Shown: piece by piece, positions 1 through 13,310 of the stretch
How the letters are laid out: each line of letters starts with the position of its first letter
How positions within the stretch are numbered: the first letter of the stretch is position 1
Assembly: GCF_963676685.1 (NCBI RefSeq)
Contig: NC_092349.1
Coordinates: forward strand, 75,392,001-75,456,000
DNA from: Mytilus edulis
Lineage: Eukaryota
Direction of reading: 5' to 3'
Length of the DNA: 64,000 nucleotides
Made by a program: the position numbers and the translations under genes
Notes under the pieces: generated by a model
The model's database searches: none
What the model was told of the DNA's origin: nothing
Seen by the model: the letters and a program-made list of their open reading frames with translations, nothing else

Positions 1-351
1 TTCCATTCTTTACATATGTACACTAGAAACATATATAGAAGTTGAGATTAAAATACAGCAAACACTAGCATAAGGCACGTAACCCCTTATTTGTAATTGA
101 TATATCGGACGTACTTATCAAAATTTTACTGAACTTCAACAAAGAAAATATCTGTTGACGAACATTGAGACACCACAGCTTTTAAAAAAAAAATGAACAT
201 TCATCACTCCAAAAATAAATCGTTTCATTACATTTAACAAATTCCCAACAGCAGTATTTCAAGTAAAATAATTAAATAAGCACATGTTTCTTAAGTATCG
301 CACTACTCGACATATAGCAGTATAGTTTCTACTTCATAATTTAATTCAAAC

Positions 352-526
352 CTTGAGTTGATCTACATTCGGTAATTTCCACATTCAGTCTTCTTATATC
401 AGTTTGAAGATCCTTGATAACAGACTCCAGTATCTGTAGACGTATTTCTGTGTGTTTGGCATCTTCCTGTGACAGAACTCGACTTGCTGGCAAAAGCAAT
501 ATAATCGTCAAGTAAATCGGATGCAT
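352..526 (-). CDS. Exon 1 (signal peptide + coiled coil) of a secreted C1q-domain protein; remaining exons lie left of the window
   Basis: MHPIYLTIILLLPASRVLSQEDAKHTEIRLQILE...ECRSTQ aligns with exon 1 of the complete C1qDC gene at 29060-29246; same phase-1 donor (AAG|GTTTG, intron starts at 351); upstream DNA is also paralogous. Confidence 0.8.
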
Positions 527-1294
527 GTTTGTATTAATTTTACATTACCGTTTAAGTATGGCTCAAAACGAAATGGTCTTATCTTGTTAATGTAAGGTTA
601 TAAGATAACCAAAAGGGCAAGGATATCTGACTTGCTGACGCTACACTCTCATTTTATAATATTAATGGGCTAAATATTTGTAAAACTAGCCTTTATCCTC
701 TTCGCAAGCTTATTTGCCATCCTAAGATAATCTTAAGTCATCGCTATGTTCATTGCAGTGTGGTTCTTTTGTAAAACTTTTATTTTTTTTAGCAATTAAC
801 TTGTTCGTTTCCTATTGTTATATGTCCTATGGTGACTGTTCAAAGATCATTTTACTTTTTAGTCACAATTTGTGTATTCTTGTCTTTAATTTTTACTAAA
901 TAAATATGCTTGGTCTGTATGCCATTTTGTGCTTCTTTGTAACATGTATTTTTGGGATAATGTTGACTGCTTTTTTTACCTTTGATGTCTGTTTGTTTTG
1001 TTACCGCATCATTGTCAATTTAATGGCATTGATTGAAACTGTTATACCAGTGAGATGTTTAGCTAGCTATAAAACCAGTTTCAATCCACCATTTTCTACA
1101 TAAGAAAGTGCCTATACCATGTCAGGAACTAGACAGTTTGTTATCCATGTGTTTGAGTATTTGATTTTGCCATTTGATCAGGGACTTTTCGTTTTGAATT
1201 TTCCTCGGAGTATTTTTATGATTTCACTTTTTATTGTAGAGTTGATTTCTCATTTGATGTTATAAACCTTAGCATATAATAGAAACTTATAAAT

Positions 1295-1941
1295 ACCTTT
1301 CCACGTCAGTTTTAATCTAGCGTCGTACTACAGTACATGATATATAAGGCATGGAGATGATATTTTTACAGATCAGCTAAATTATCTATAGCAAAGGATC
1401 CTACAAATTAATGTAAGATACAGTCACAGAAATAATAAAATTTATAAGTATTTCGAGTCAGTGACAACTCTACAACAGATTTATCCATCGGATCACAATC
1501 AGTGATGGTGATACATGGATGTGTACATTCTGTATATACAACTCGTCTAAACATCAGACCTGGGTATATATATATATATATATATTGTTGGGTTGATGTT
1601 TAGACGAGTTGTATATACATAATGTACACAGCCATGTATCACCATCACAGCTGGTGATCTGATGGACAAATCTGTTGTAGAGTTGTCACTGGCTCAGATG
1701 TACTTATATATATATATTTATATACAACTCGTCTAAACATCAACCCAACAATGTTTGATCTGTAAATTTGCTTTCGCAAATGTTTTGTTCTTCCCTTGCC
1801 GGGATTTGAACCCATACTACTGAGATATCGTGACACCAAACCGCCTGCACTGTAGCCGTCCCGCTAGACCATACGACCACATGGGCTTCAAAAAATAAAG
1901 CTTTTGGTGGTCGTGTGTTACCTTTCCTCGTCAGTTTTAGG
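1295..1941. repeat. Composite repeat with tRNA-derived head and internal inverted duplication
   Basis: Direct repeat acctttcc(a/t)cgtcagtttta at ~1295 and ~1920; inverted arms ~1444-1560 and ~1586-1708 around (TA)n; tRNA-like segment at 1792-1886. Confidence 0.6.
1792..1886 (-). mobile_element. tRNA-derived (SINE-like) head with Pol III A and B boxes
   Basis: Minus strand reads GCCCATGTGGTCGTATGGTCTAGCG...GGGTTCAAATCCCGGCAAGGG: A-box-like and B-box (GGTTCAAATCC) motifs, with an overlong middle region inconsistent with a functional tRNA. Confidence 0.6.
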
Positions 1942-1949
1942 TAAATTAA

Positions 1950-2400
1950 ATCATGTAAATAGACCTACAGTGTCCATCAGCGTTTACACGGTCGGGTAGA
2001 TCGTTAAGATTTGTCTTTGTAAATTTATAATTTTACTGTTTAGTCTAATTTTGACGTGGCTCGGTACTTACACATTCAATCATTGTTTTATTGTACTATG
2101 ATAATATTTTTTATTCATGTCATTCGTTTTTGTTAAAATAAACTGAAGACCGGCAAAATAGCAAAAACTATATATATATGTATATATATATAAATCGCAT
2201 TTTTTGCCGCAGCCGGCAAAATGGCGCAAAGTACAGTGGCGGATCTAGAAATTTTGGGCCCACTCCGATCATGCTTCAGCGATTTTCTATATATACCCCC
2301 CCCCCCCTTTTCCTAAATTCTCAGTGGTTCTCCGTATAATCAACGTTTTTTTTACATACAAGGGGGCCTCATATTATTGTTACTTTTTGTGTGTAAGTAT
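1950..2400 (+). repeat. Segmental-duplication block, paralogous to 57147-57800
   Basis: Colinear match starting taaatagacctacagtg(t/a)ccatcagcgtttacacggtcgggtagatcgttaagatttgtc and running through gccggcaaaatggcgcaa and ctcagtggttctccgtataat. Confidence 0.9.
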
Positions 2401-2689
2401 TCCCTTATTCCTATGCATATTTATTATAATATATTAGCCTTGGGTGGTTCTTTTCTAACTATATGCTAGTAATTCACAAACGAAATTAACGACAGACGGA
2501 CTTTAATCATTAGGAAAGTTTTAATATATAAAAGATTTGCGTTATTTTGCAAAGGTTTGCATTATAATGCAAGCTTTGCGTTATTTTGCAAAGGTTGGCG
2601 TTATAGGCAGAAATATTAAAAAAAAATTGTGTGGCTCCGATACGCTTCCGTTGACATGTATCTAGTTTTTGAACACATATACATTAAAT

Positions 2690-3985
2690 GATTTTCACAA
2701 AAGATTATTTTTGTGAAGTTTACACAAGTATTCCCCATTCTAAACTAAAAGAAAACTTTAAAGTGTTGGTATTGGTTTGTGTCATAACAAAAATGGCCAA
2801 CGTAGATAGAAGTATTTTGTCTTTGGGAGGGATAAATCTTTCTTTGTTTTTCAACAAACTATCGGCTTTTCCATGGGGACCAATTGTACATATTTTCATA
2901 CAGGAACTTTTTAGGAAGAAAGAAAAGAAGTTGGCAATATCCTTTCACTTTACTTTCTACTATATAGGATGATGTTCTCTCAGTAAACAATTCAAAATCT
3001 GATGACTATGTTGTTCTCTTTTGTAAAATTGTTTCTTATAAAATTGTTACACGGTGTGACTACTGTACCCATATTTCAGCTAGTTTATGTATTACATCTG
3101 TTTAGTTCACGCATCGTTGTAAATATAACGGAATTGTATGAGACTGTCGTACAAAGTGGGAGGTTTAGCGCTAAAACACCAGGTTAAATCCACCATTTCC
3201 TACATTTGAAAATGCTTGTACCAAGTCAGAAATATGACAGTTGTTGTCATTTTGGTTTTTATATGTTTTGTCATTTGATTTTGCCATGTGAATAGGGACT
3301 TTCCGATTTAATTTTCCTCGCAGTTAAGTATTTTTGTGATTTTACTTTTTGCACGCATCTATCCCATTGAACTAAAGAGGAAGGACATTACAGATACAGC
3401 TGAGTCTGTCTCATATATTTTCGTCCATCCAGAAATTGACAATGAGGATCGGCTGAAAACAAAACTCTACGAATAAAGGGATGATTTCAGCCTCCCAATT
3501 GTGAACTTTCTATTTCTATGCAGCAACATTCCAACAACCCTTGCATACGGAGTAGATATCATCCAATTGATGCGATATTCCGGAGAATGTCTTTCCTATC
3601 ATGATTTCTTTGATAGAAGGTTGCTGCTCACAAGGAAGCTATTTATCAAAGATTTTAAATTGAACGGACATGATCACGAGCTGGTTGGCCGTTATGAAAT
3701 ATTCGTTTTGAAGATGATATGGTATATGTGTCGTAACTACAATCCGTTCCCTTTTCACGAATTTGACCTACCGAATTAGACAATTTGCGGAGTTTGTAAT
3801 AACATGAATAACACGTCAGTAGCCCATGTGAAGCAGTATCTGCGTACCCTTCCAGGAGCACCTGATATAAACCCCAGTTTTTGGTTGGGTTGCTTAGTCT
3901 TTAGTTTACTATGTTTTGTCTTGTGTACTCTTATGTGTCTGTGGCGTTGTCAGTTTATCTTCGATCTATGAATTTGAATGTCTCT
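2690..3985 (+). mobile_element. Decayed Penelope-like retroelement (RT C-terminal half and 3' end), interrupted by a dispersed repeat at ~3010-3350
   Basis: YTSIPHSKLKE; VNFLFLCSNIPTTLAYGVDIIQLMRYS; GHDHELVGRYEI; same family as the minus-strand copy at 31735-33955 / 56339-57120. Confidence 0.8.
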
Positions 3986-6299
3986 TAGAATCTTCGCTCT
4001 TTTTGATACTGGAAGTAAGTTGAAGAAGAAACTCCGGAATCGGGTGTGTTCAAGCTCGGGATTTCGGGATTGACCCATTTCGGGATCCGTGAATTCTTTT
4101 TTTTTAATTTCTGGATGTCGGGATTTAATTTATTTAAATTCGGAACCTCGGGATATCGTGTTTTAAGCCTGTAAATTTCGGGATCAGCACCCTTGCTACC
4201 CCCGTATAACCATCTTATAGCCTGAAAATCAAAACAGAAAACCCTACAACAAATAAAACGATAAAGGAACAAGATAAACAAAATCAGTTGATTTGTAAGA
4301 AAAAAATAGTTTTTGGAAACACTAAAACAGTATTATAGACGACAATTTTAAATGAATAACCTAATCATCATATAAACATTATCTAGTGCAATGCACAACG
4401 TGATGGGATAGGTTCAAAAGTGGTCAATATTAACAAAACTATTATAATTTAATTTACCTACGTACGTGAATGTATTTAATGCCATTTAGTTTCAGATATA
4501 TATTATCTTATTGACACTCTTCCCCTGTCTAGTTTATTACTACCTTGTAACACCTTTGTTCAAAATGCGTATACGAGTTAATATTGTGTGCCGTAGATAA
4601 AACTTATTGGTTCAGAGTATGTTTATTTGATTTTGTTTGAATGTCGTTTTTTTCGATTTTTAAAAACATTTCAAAAGATGTTTTATTGTGTGTCTTTTTA
4701 TGTTATATTTTTTTCACAACCGTCACAGGTAATTGAGAAGGTTAGTGCATTTTAAAACTTTTAGACCTGCTGAATGTTTGGGTTCTTTTCGTTTACACTA
4801 GTAAGTATGGGGCTCTTTATATATTGCTGCTCGGTGTTTGTCAATACTCTGTGTCGAAGGCCGTACTTTGAGATCTATAATTGTTAACATGTTATTCATT
4901 GTAACTTGGATTGTTGTCTCATTAACACTTAAAACACATTGTCTTACTTATATCAGTAAATGTCATGATGATAGGTCAAAATGTAAAAATATATGGAAAT
5001 CATTTTCCGTAAGAAGTCACAATAGGGCATTGTGATAACAACAATTGTCGACTTTTTTCTGGAAGATGTGACATTCATTTGATTAACAAACTATTGTTTG
5101 ACAATATTTGTGTTCGAGGTTATTACAGGCTTAATATTCGGCTAGCTTCAAATATCCTTGTTTTTGTTTGTTTTCATAAATTTAGTATTCATAAAATGCT
5201 CCGATAACAGTATAGTTTTTGTACCCATTTGTAAAAATGACTCTCGCAAGATTTTGCACATCTTTCATATTTTGTCTCTTTGTCTCATTTTGCCATTTTG
5301 AATTGTTTAATTTTCAACTACCAATAGCGAACATAATGTGCAAATACGTAACTCAATTGCAAGCCTGGAATCTTTGACCGCTTTTTACAGGTGCGTCTTA
5401 CCTCTGGCTTTGTTTACCCACTTTCTGCTTCAGACGAAATTTGCAATATGAAAGAACACACTTCTCATATTCTGTTTATTCAAAAACGGTTTTTAAAAAG
5501 TTGAAATATTTGTTCATGCGGCTGCTGAAAGCTCCACTACATGGAATTATCATTTTGTATTTATTGTGTCATTTTTAAATATTGCAATGAAGTCATAATA
5601 CTTTTGATATGTTTCGTTTGATATTATCTGCATTCTCATGTTCTGTTAATTCAAAAACGGTTGTTAAAAAGTTGAAATTCTTTTTTTATGCGGCTGTACC
5701 CCAATAGAGAGGTTTAGATAGCTACATAACCCGGATTATTCTACTATTTTCTCTTTCAGACAATGACTGCATCGTGTCAGGAATATGACAGCTGTTGTTC
5801 ATTAGTTACATGTGTTTGAGCTTTCGATTTTGTCATTTGATAAGGGACGTTTTGAAAAAAAAAAAAAATTTGTGATTCTAATGTTTTCTAATGTCAGTCA
5901 CTTTCTCCTGGAATGGAGGTCACGTGTTACCAATGTGTAATATTATACGGTAATCATTTCTAATAACTGATACTTGGCACTTTCTGATCAAACAAATCTA
6001 TATATTGTCACGGCTTGTCAACCAATGGCCGTACATAGTGTTATTCATTACTTTAATGTTTAAAAACCTTTTTTTCAAAAAATTAATATATTGTGGAGAT
6101 ATAGCAATTGCGTTAAATCATATGAATGTCTGTTACTGAAATAAAGTCGTGGAAATTAATTAACAATCATTAACGTAAATACAAATTTGAGATGTGAAAA
6201 ATTCGATTGTTAACATTTATCAATAGTCACACTGATCCGTGACCCAACTGGTGGTTTAATTTTGATTCCGAAGAACAAATCCGCTTAAACCTAGTAACT

Positions 6300-7400
6300 T
6301 GGCTATACGGAATGCTTCGGGAAGAGTGTTTTTGGTGACGACTCTTCGGAGAGAGACATTACTCTTTGTCAATTTAATTTTCATTACTTTAGAAGGTTGG
6401 TTTCTAAAGTAATGATGGTATCACGAAACAATTGAAACCAGATATGAACTTTATAGCTTGATGTAAGGTGTTACAGAAATCTAGAAAATCTTGTAGATTT
6501 TCTTCAGTTTCGTTCCGTTTGATGTTGATGTCATCAATATAACGGAGCCAGGGGTGTGTATGGTACAATCAAAAGAATGCGTTCCACGAGATTCCCGATG
6601 AAAATGTTGGGAAAAAAATAGCCATTTGGTTCCCAATCTTGTACTATCAATCTGCATAAAGTGCTTGTTGTTGGATAGAAAATGTAACTTTCGTCACTAG
6701 TTTCAGCATATAAACCTAACAAGCGATTTCTGAATTTTTATCCATATGATCGTTCTATGCTGTTTCACAAGCGACTACTCCTTTGTTTTTTGGAATATTG
6801 GTTTATGAAGAACATACATCCATCGATATAAGAATTATTGATTATTGACTCCATTATCTTAAAATAAACTGTTGGATCTAGAATAAAGTTTATAACAATA
6901 CCATCTCTACCTTTAAGTTGGTCATGGCTTGGGTTTTCTTGCTATTAGAGATTTTGTTTGCGTTTGCCACGGACTGATGATTAAACTTCAGTTTTAATAG
7001 AATCAATAAATCGGAATCTGTCATATAATCTAAGATTCCAAATTATCGTTCTTACATCTTGGTGTGTTCTATTCGCTTTTATTTCAAAATCTGGAAATGG
7101 ACATGTCTTCTTTATCACTATCATATTAGAATCATTAATTCCGGCTTCCTGTACAAAAAACGTACTGCCTATTAAAATGTTTTGTAGGCGAAGACGTCTT
7201 GCAAATTTCTCTACATCTGTCTCTAATTGCAGTTGTAAATGGTGGCTGGTATAGGTCAGGAACTCAGGGCTCAAATCAACATTTATTTTTGTTGACGGCA
7301 GATCAACAACCAAACTATTTTCCGTGTGTTGTTTCCGTTTTTTAAAACGTTCTTTCTATGTTCTTCTGATACACTCCGTCTTAAAATCTGATTTATCTCA
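6300..7400 (-). mobile_element. Highly decayed Penelope-like RT fragment
   Basis: QLETDVEKFARRLRL resembles the N-terminal region of Penelope ORFs; followed by broken RT-like segments. Confidence 0.5.
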
Positions 7401-7426
7401 AAACATGGAAGGAGAAGGTTCAGTAA

Positions 7427-8862
7427 TACCGCAGTCCCACTAGGCCACGATCGTACTACGATCTGTGAAAAAAAAAATGCAATTTTTTATGATCGTAGTA
7501 CGATCGTGTAGATCGCAGTAAGGTCGTATCACGGTCGTGATAAGGTCATCAAGATCGTTATAGGCGTGGCCAACTTTGAACATGTTCAAAACAATTGGGA
7601 TACGTTCGTGGCGAAATCAGGTCGTAGTGAGAACCCACTAAGGCCGTAGTAAGATCGCAAAGGTCGCTGTACCATCGTAGCGAGAGCGTGATTCTATTCG
7701 GAGAGACTGCACTACGATCTCCCAGCGACGTTTTTACGACCTCATTACGATCATTACGTTCTCACCGCGACCCAACTACGCTTCCACTGCGACTATACCA
7801 CGTTAACACCACGCTGTTCAAGACCATAGTACGATTCTAGCACGCCCTTGCCGTCCTCATCACGCTCTTCTTACGACCTGACTACGTTCATACTACGACT
7901 ATCATTCTCATTGTCATTTTTACATCAAATATATCATATATCTCAAGGTTTTCTTCGTCTGTATGTAGTTCTTGTCCATTTTCTCTAACGGCTCACCATG
8001 CTTCTCGTTTTATAGATTAGACCGTTGGTTTTCCAGTTTGAATGGTTTTACACTAGTAATTTTTGGGGCCCTTTATAGCTTGCTGTTCGGTGTGAGCCAA
8101 GGCTCCGTGTTGAAGGCCGTACCTTGGCCTATAATGGTTTACTTTTATAAATTGTCTTTTGGATGGAGAGTTGTCTCATTGGCACTCATACCACATCTTC
8201 CTATATCTATTGACACATCTGTGTCATCTCTGCTATCGTTCACTAAAATATTGTCATTTGAGCTTTATGGACAAGCAAGAGGTTGTAATTTAGGTTGGAT
8301 TGGTCGGTCCGAAATCTCTGCTTGATCAGAATTAGTTACTACCAGAGCTCCCTCTGCCTCTACATCAAAACCTTCCGCCACGCCCACGTGTTCTAGAAGA
8401 TTTTGATGGCATGACTGTATTGTTTCCTAGAAATCTATGTATTAATCAGAAAAAGAAGGAATGGAATTGTATTGATATGGAACACAAAGTTAACGTTATT
8501 ACTGATAACGTAGTTAGATCGCGGTATGCACGTGGTATAATCGTGGTAAAAACGTACTATTACCGCAGTAAAAGCGTGGTAAGATCGTGTTCCAATCGGA
8601 TAACTTGTGGTATGGTCGTAGTGAGAACGTGATAAGCGTAGAAAGATCTTGATAAGCGTAGTGAGGTCGCAGAATAAGCGCGGTGAGAACGTGGTATAAT
8701 CGTAGCGGGATCATTGTAGAAGCGTATTGAGGATGTAGTAGCATCGTTAAAGCAACGCAAATTTACATTTTCATACCGCTAATACGGCGACCTCACTACG
8801 ATCTGAATTTATTTTAGATTGCAGTGAGCGTAGTGCGATCGTGGTCTAGTGGGACTGGGGCT
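7427..8862. mobile_element. Non-autonomous PIF/Harbinger-type DNA transposon with a ~200-bp repeat inserted at ~8005-8210
   Basis: TIRs cagtcccactaggccacgatcgtactacg / cgtagtgcgatcgtggtctagtgggactggggct; TAA on both flanks (7424-7426, 8863-8865); CGAT-rich subterminal repeats. Confidence 0.75.
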
Positions 8863-8865
8863 TAA

Positions 8866-9217
8866 GGAAGCTCGCATGTACAAAAAATTCAGAAAAAATT
8901 AAACATTTATTTATTACACTAGTAGATATTACTTTATAATATGGTACAAAAATCACACAGACAAATCGATTTAGGTTGGCCACAGATGACTTTAATTTTT
9001 TATATTTTTGAAAAAGCTCCAAATCATCTCTCTTTGGTGCAAAAATGTCATTTTTGACGTTTAAATAAAAATATCTTTTTTAACTCATCGGTGACCTATA
9101 TTTTTTATTAGTATTTTCAAACAAGTTGTACATAAACATATAAATGTATAAATAAATCATAGAAAAAAATAGCAAAATCTTATATTAGAAAAAATTGATT
9201 TAGACCCACGAGCCCCC
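8866..9217. mobile_element. TTAA-flanked MITE (Kolobok-like)
   Basis: TTAA|GGAAGCTCG ... CGAGCCCCC|TTAA: imperfect TIR, GG/CC termini, TTAA TSD. Confidence 0.65.
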
Positions 9218-9899
9218 TTAAGGTCATAAAATGGCCCCCTCTTCTAGCTTAAATGTCAAAGTAGGATTTATAGACCAATTTCACAATGAATCATAGCTAA
9301 TACAGTTACTAGATAGGAAATAAGCCCTTTAATGAAAATGTACGTTCCTGCGTTTTATTTATGACGTCACAAATGGTACTTGTGTCGATTTTTAACGAAA
9401 AGATCAATGAAAATTGGTAAATTTCCATCGATAATTGGAAACATAGAGCGCTTACGTTGACGACAAAGATCTTTTAAAAAAATGTTTGTAAAGACATTTT
9501 ATATGTCTACCTAAAATATTTAGTTTGTCGACGCATGCGCTCTATGTTTCCTGGTTCTAAATTTGGCCGATTTTGTCAAATATTGCCAAAATCCCTTATA
9601 TTGACCTATTTTGGATGTAAAAATCAACGCTTTAAAATAAAACTTTGACAAAAAAAGTGTTATACAACTTTCACACATGTTGAAAAGTCAACTTAACACA
9701 TTTTAATCTTATTACAATGAACTTTATAATCGGGGCCAAATATGGCCTTTACCGAACTTACTCCTTTGCTGTTCTAAACGATCTCTAGTGAATTTCTGTT
9801 GTTGCTTATTTGTAATTTTGCCTTTCTATTCTTTTTATGTCGTATATTATTTTCTTGATTAAATCAATGCCTCCGTAAGTACTGGTGTTTTAGAAAACT

Positions 9900-10450
9900 T
9901 TTCATTTATTTCAGAATTGATTTGTTTGTATGGATAAATATGAAGGGAATTTTCTCAATCTACTGCTGAAATTTACCCCAAGGAACTTACTTTAAATAAA
10001 TCAAATTAAAACGGTAATAACTGTTCTTTTCTAAATTTAGATATGTCGGGTTGAAAAGGGAAACTCCACACTAAAACTATCGACAAATTTTGTTCCCAAT
10101 TGTTAATTTTCCATTTTTAGGTGGTGATGTTCCTTTGACACCATCTTACGGTGTTTATTTTTCACAGCTCGCTCGCTATGCCCGTGTCTGTTGTGACGTT
10201 TTTGATTTTAACGAACGTAATTTATGTATTACTGGTAAATTATTAAACCAGGGATATAGTTACCATAAATTACTTAAAACCTTTACTAAATTTTTCCATA
10301 GATATAAAGATTTGGTTTTGAAGTTTGGTTGTACCTGTAGAATACTTATTTCAAACAGTTAAGCTCATCCTCATTTCTACGGTAATGTTGTAAACTGTGC
10401 CCGGAAATTTAGAAATAATTGCTTCTTCATATAAACTTATTTTAAAAGGT
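9900..10450 (+). mobile_element. Penelope-like RT fragment (thumb region)
   Basis: FPIVNFPFLGGDVPLTPSYGVYFSQLARYARVC...LLNQGYSYHKLLKTFTKFFHRY. Confidence 0.8.
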
Positions 10451-10454
10451 TCTA

Positions 10455-13310
10455 TGCAGCAATTGGAAGAAAAAAAATGAACTAGAAAAATTAAGAAAGG
10501 AACAAATGCATGGTAAAATAGTTCGATCCAGAATACAGTGGATAGAAGAGGGAGAAAACCCCACAGGTTATTTTAGTGGACTGCAATCTAAGAATTTCAC
10601 CAGTAAGATTATCCCAAAGGTTGAAAAAGAAAATGGTGATATTGTAACTAACCAAAAAGAAATACTCAAACAGGTTAAAATATTTATGAAAATTTGTACA
10701 AAAACAGAGATTTTGAGTGTTGTAAACCTCAAGATATTGAAAATAGTCTACAAAATGTAAATGTTTAAAGTTATATATAGATAAACAAGATAAACTAGAA
10801 GGTGAAATTTCAGTTAATGAAGCTGGTGAAACTTTAAAAAGAATGAAAAGCAATAAAACACCTGGATCAGATGGTTTTCCAAGTGAATTTTTTAAATTTT
10901 CTTGTCTGACTTGAAATATTTTGTTGTAAGATCCTTGAATGCAGGTTATGATTTTTCAGTGGAATTTTCTGTTACTCAAAATAGGGGATAATAACATGTC
11001 ATCCAAAGGGTAACAAATCTAGACATTTTAATAAAAAACTGGCGCCCAATATCTTTGCTAAATACTGTATATAAGATTGGCTCTGGGGTTATAGCAAGAA
11101 GATTTAGAACAGTTTTTACTAAACGTATTGATACTGTACGTTCAGACAGGTTTTATGACTGGAAGATATATTGGGGAAAATTTAAGATTGATCCATGATA
11201 TCATGGAATATACAGAAGATAATGATTTACCAGGCCTTTTATTGTAGATAGATTTGGAAAGAGCCTTTAATTCCATTTCATGGAAATTTCGTTTAAATGT
11301 TTTGATTTTTTTTAATTTTGGAGATTCTAAAAACATTATTTCAGCAGTCACTGAATCTTTCAGATTGTTCACTGTTGAACGGGGTTGCAGGCAATGTGAT
11401 CCATTAGCGCCTTATCTTTTCATTCTTTGTGAAGACATTTTAGCGTTAAAAATAAGAAATAACAAAAAAGTAAATGGAATCAAAGTCCTTCATGTTGAAC
11501 ATAAACTCTCACAGTTTGCTGACGATACATCACTAATTTTAGATGGTAGTGAAGAATCTTTAAATGAGGCATTATTGGAGCTAAATTGGTTTGCTCAAAT
11601 TTCTGGTTTGAGAATGAATTTTTACAAAACTCATGTAATTTGGATTGGAAGTAAAAAGTACAGCACAGAGACACTTTGTACAAATCAAAATCTTACTTGG
11701 GGAAGCACATCCTTTAAATTATTGGATGTTTATTTTGATGTTGATTTAGATACACTAGTTAAAATCAATTATGAGACAATATCGTAAAAATAAAAAGACT
11801 AGTCACAATGGTCTAGACGTAACATTACTGTTGTTGGTCGCAATTCTGTTGGGAAGACATTTATGTTGCCAATTTAAAATCATTTGATGTTGTCACTACC
11901 TAATCCAAGTAAAGGTATTATTAAACAGATAAATGAACTTATATATAATTTTATTTGGAACTCACCAGTTCATAGAGTGAAAAAAGTTGTAATACAAAAT
12001 AAAAATAATACTGAAAAATTACATCTACATTTTTGTAAGCGCATTTTGGGGATGCGATCCTCTACGCCAAATTTTATGGTCTATGGAGAACTTGGACGAT
12101 TTCCACTTGAACTGCAGATCAAGTTAAAAATGGTATGTTTTTGGCACAAGCTTGCAACAAATGATAAAAAATTATCGGGTAAACTGTATAAGTTACTTTG
12201 GTACATGCACGAACATGAAGGTTATAATTTCAAATGGTTTAACTATGTAAAATCTGTGTTTAATGAATGTGGCTTTTGTGAAATATATAATATTGCGGGG
12301 CAAGTTGATTATAATTATATTAAAACTAATGTAAGGCAGCGTCTCCAGGACCAGTGTATTCAAAAATGGTTCTCTTATATAAACAACTCATCAAGGGGAG
12401 AATTTTATTTACACTTTAAGGAAGAGTTTTGCTTAGAACCATATCTGTTAAAATTAAGACGGGTCATAGAGTAAATATATCTAAATTAAGGATATGTAAT
12501 ACAAAGTTAATTCCCATTGAAACAGGAAGATGGAAAATGAACCACGAAATGAGAGAATTTGTCCACTTTGTAAAGCTGGTCTTGGGGATGTGTACCACTA
12601 TATATGTATATGTACCAATTGTGAAGTTAAAGATTTAAGGGGGAAGTTCATACCTCCATATTATTTAAAATACCCAAATGTTAAAAAAGTACTGGGCATG
12701 CTTAAACATTGTAATAGTAATGTGCTGTCTACGCTGTCAAATTTATTCAAAAGGTAGAAAACATGCTTATCTGATTTAAAATTGCAATTAACAAAGATTT
12801 ATTTCTGAAGATGTATAATTTAAAATTGTATACTGTATGTATTATGAACTATGTATATTATATGTATTATGAACTATGTATATTGTATGTATTATGAACT
12901 GTGTTGTAATTTATATTGTGAATAATATGCTCCTGTTACGCAGTCTTTTGCGGCTGAGTTTTATTTAAAAAACTATAAACAAAAAGATTATTGTGATGAT
13001 GAATTTGAAATGAACTTGGATCAGAAGAACTTTTAAAAATGATTGTTAATGGCAAAACATATTTATGTCATATGTTGATGAAGATAGATTCTTTAGTTTT
13101 TGGTAATAGCTATGTAAAGCAACTACAGCAAAGTATTTAAGAATACATTTTTGAAAGACGTACTGGGTGCTTGGCAAATGGTAATTGAAAGACTGTGAAC
13201 ATTTTCTTTCCAGTCCAATTTGGATGAATAATCTTTTCCAAATTGACAACACAAAAGACTGTCATAGTAAGGCTATTCTACATGTAAATGATACTGTTGG
13301 GGGGAATGGT
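10455..13310 (+). mobile_element. Decayed L1/Tx1-type LINE ORF2 fragment (RT), split by another LINE at ~12000-12978
   Basis: RSRIQWIEEGENPTGYF, KTPGSDG, NWRPISLLN, RGCRQCDPLAPYLF, SQFADDT; many frameshifts; homologous to ORF2 at 52468-56298. Confidence 0.9.
12000..12978 (+). mobile_element. 5'-truncated LINE 3' end (RTE-X/CR1-group-like) nested in the Tx1-type fragment
   Basis: EKLHLHFCKRILG..STPNFMVYGELGRFPL, IPIETGRW, RICPLC..GDVYHYICIC; 3' UTR with ~27-bp tandem repeats and an A-rich end; ACAAAA on both sides. Clade assignment uncertain. Confidence 0.8.

Noticed and set aside
1792-1886. Functional tRNA gene
   Set aside because: Overlong, poorly paired body embedded in a repeat; better explained as a SINE-like head.
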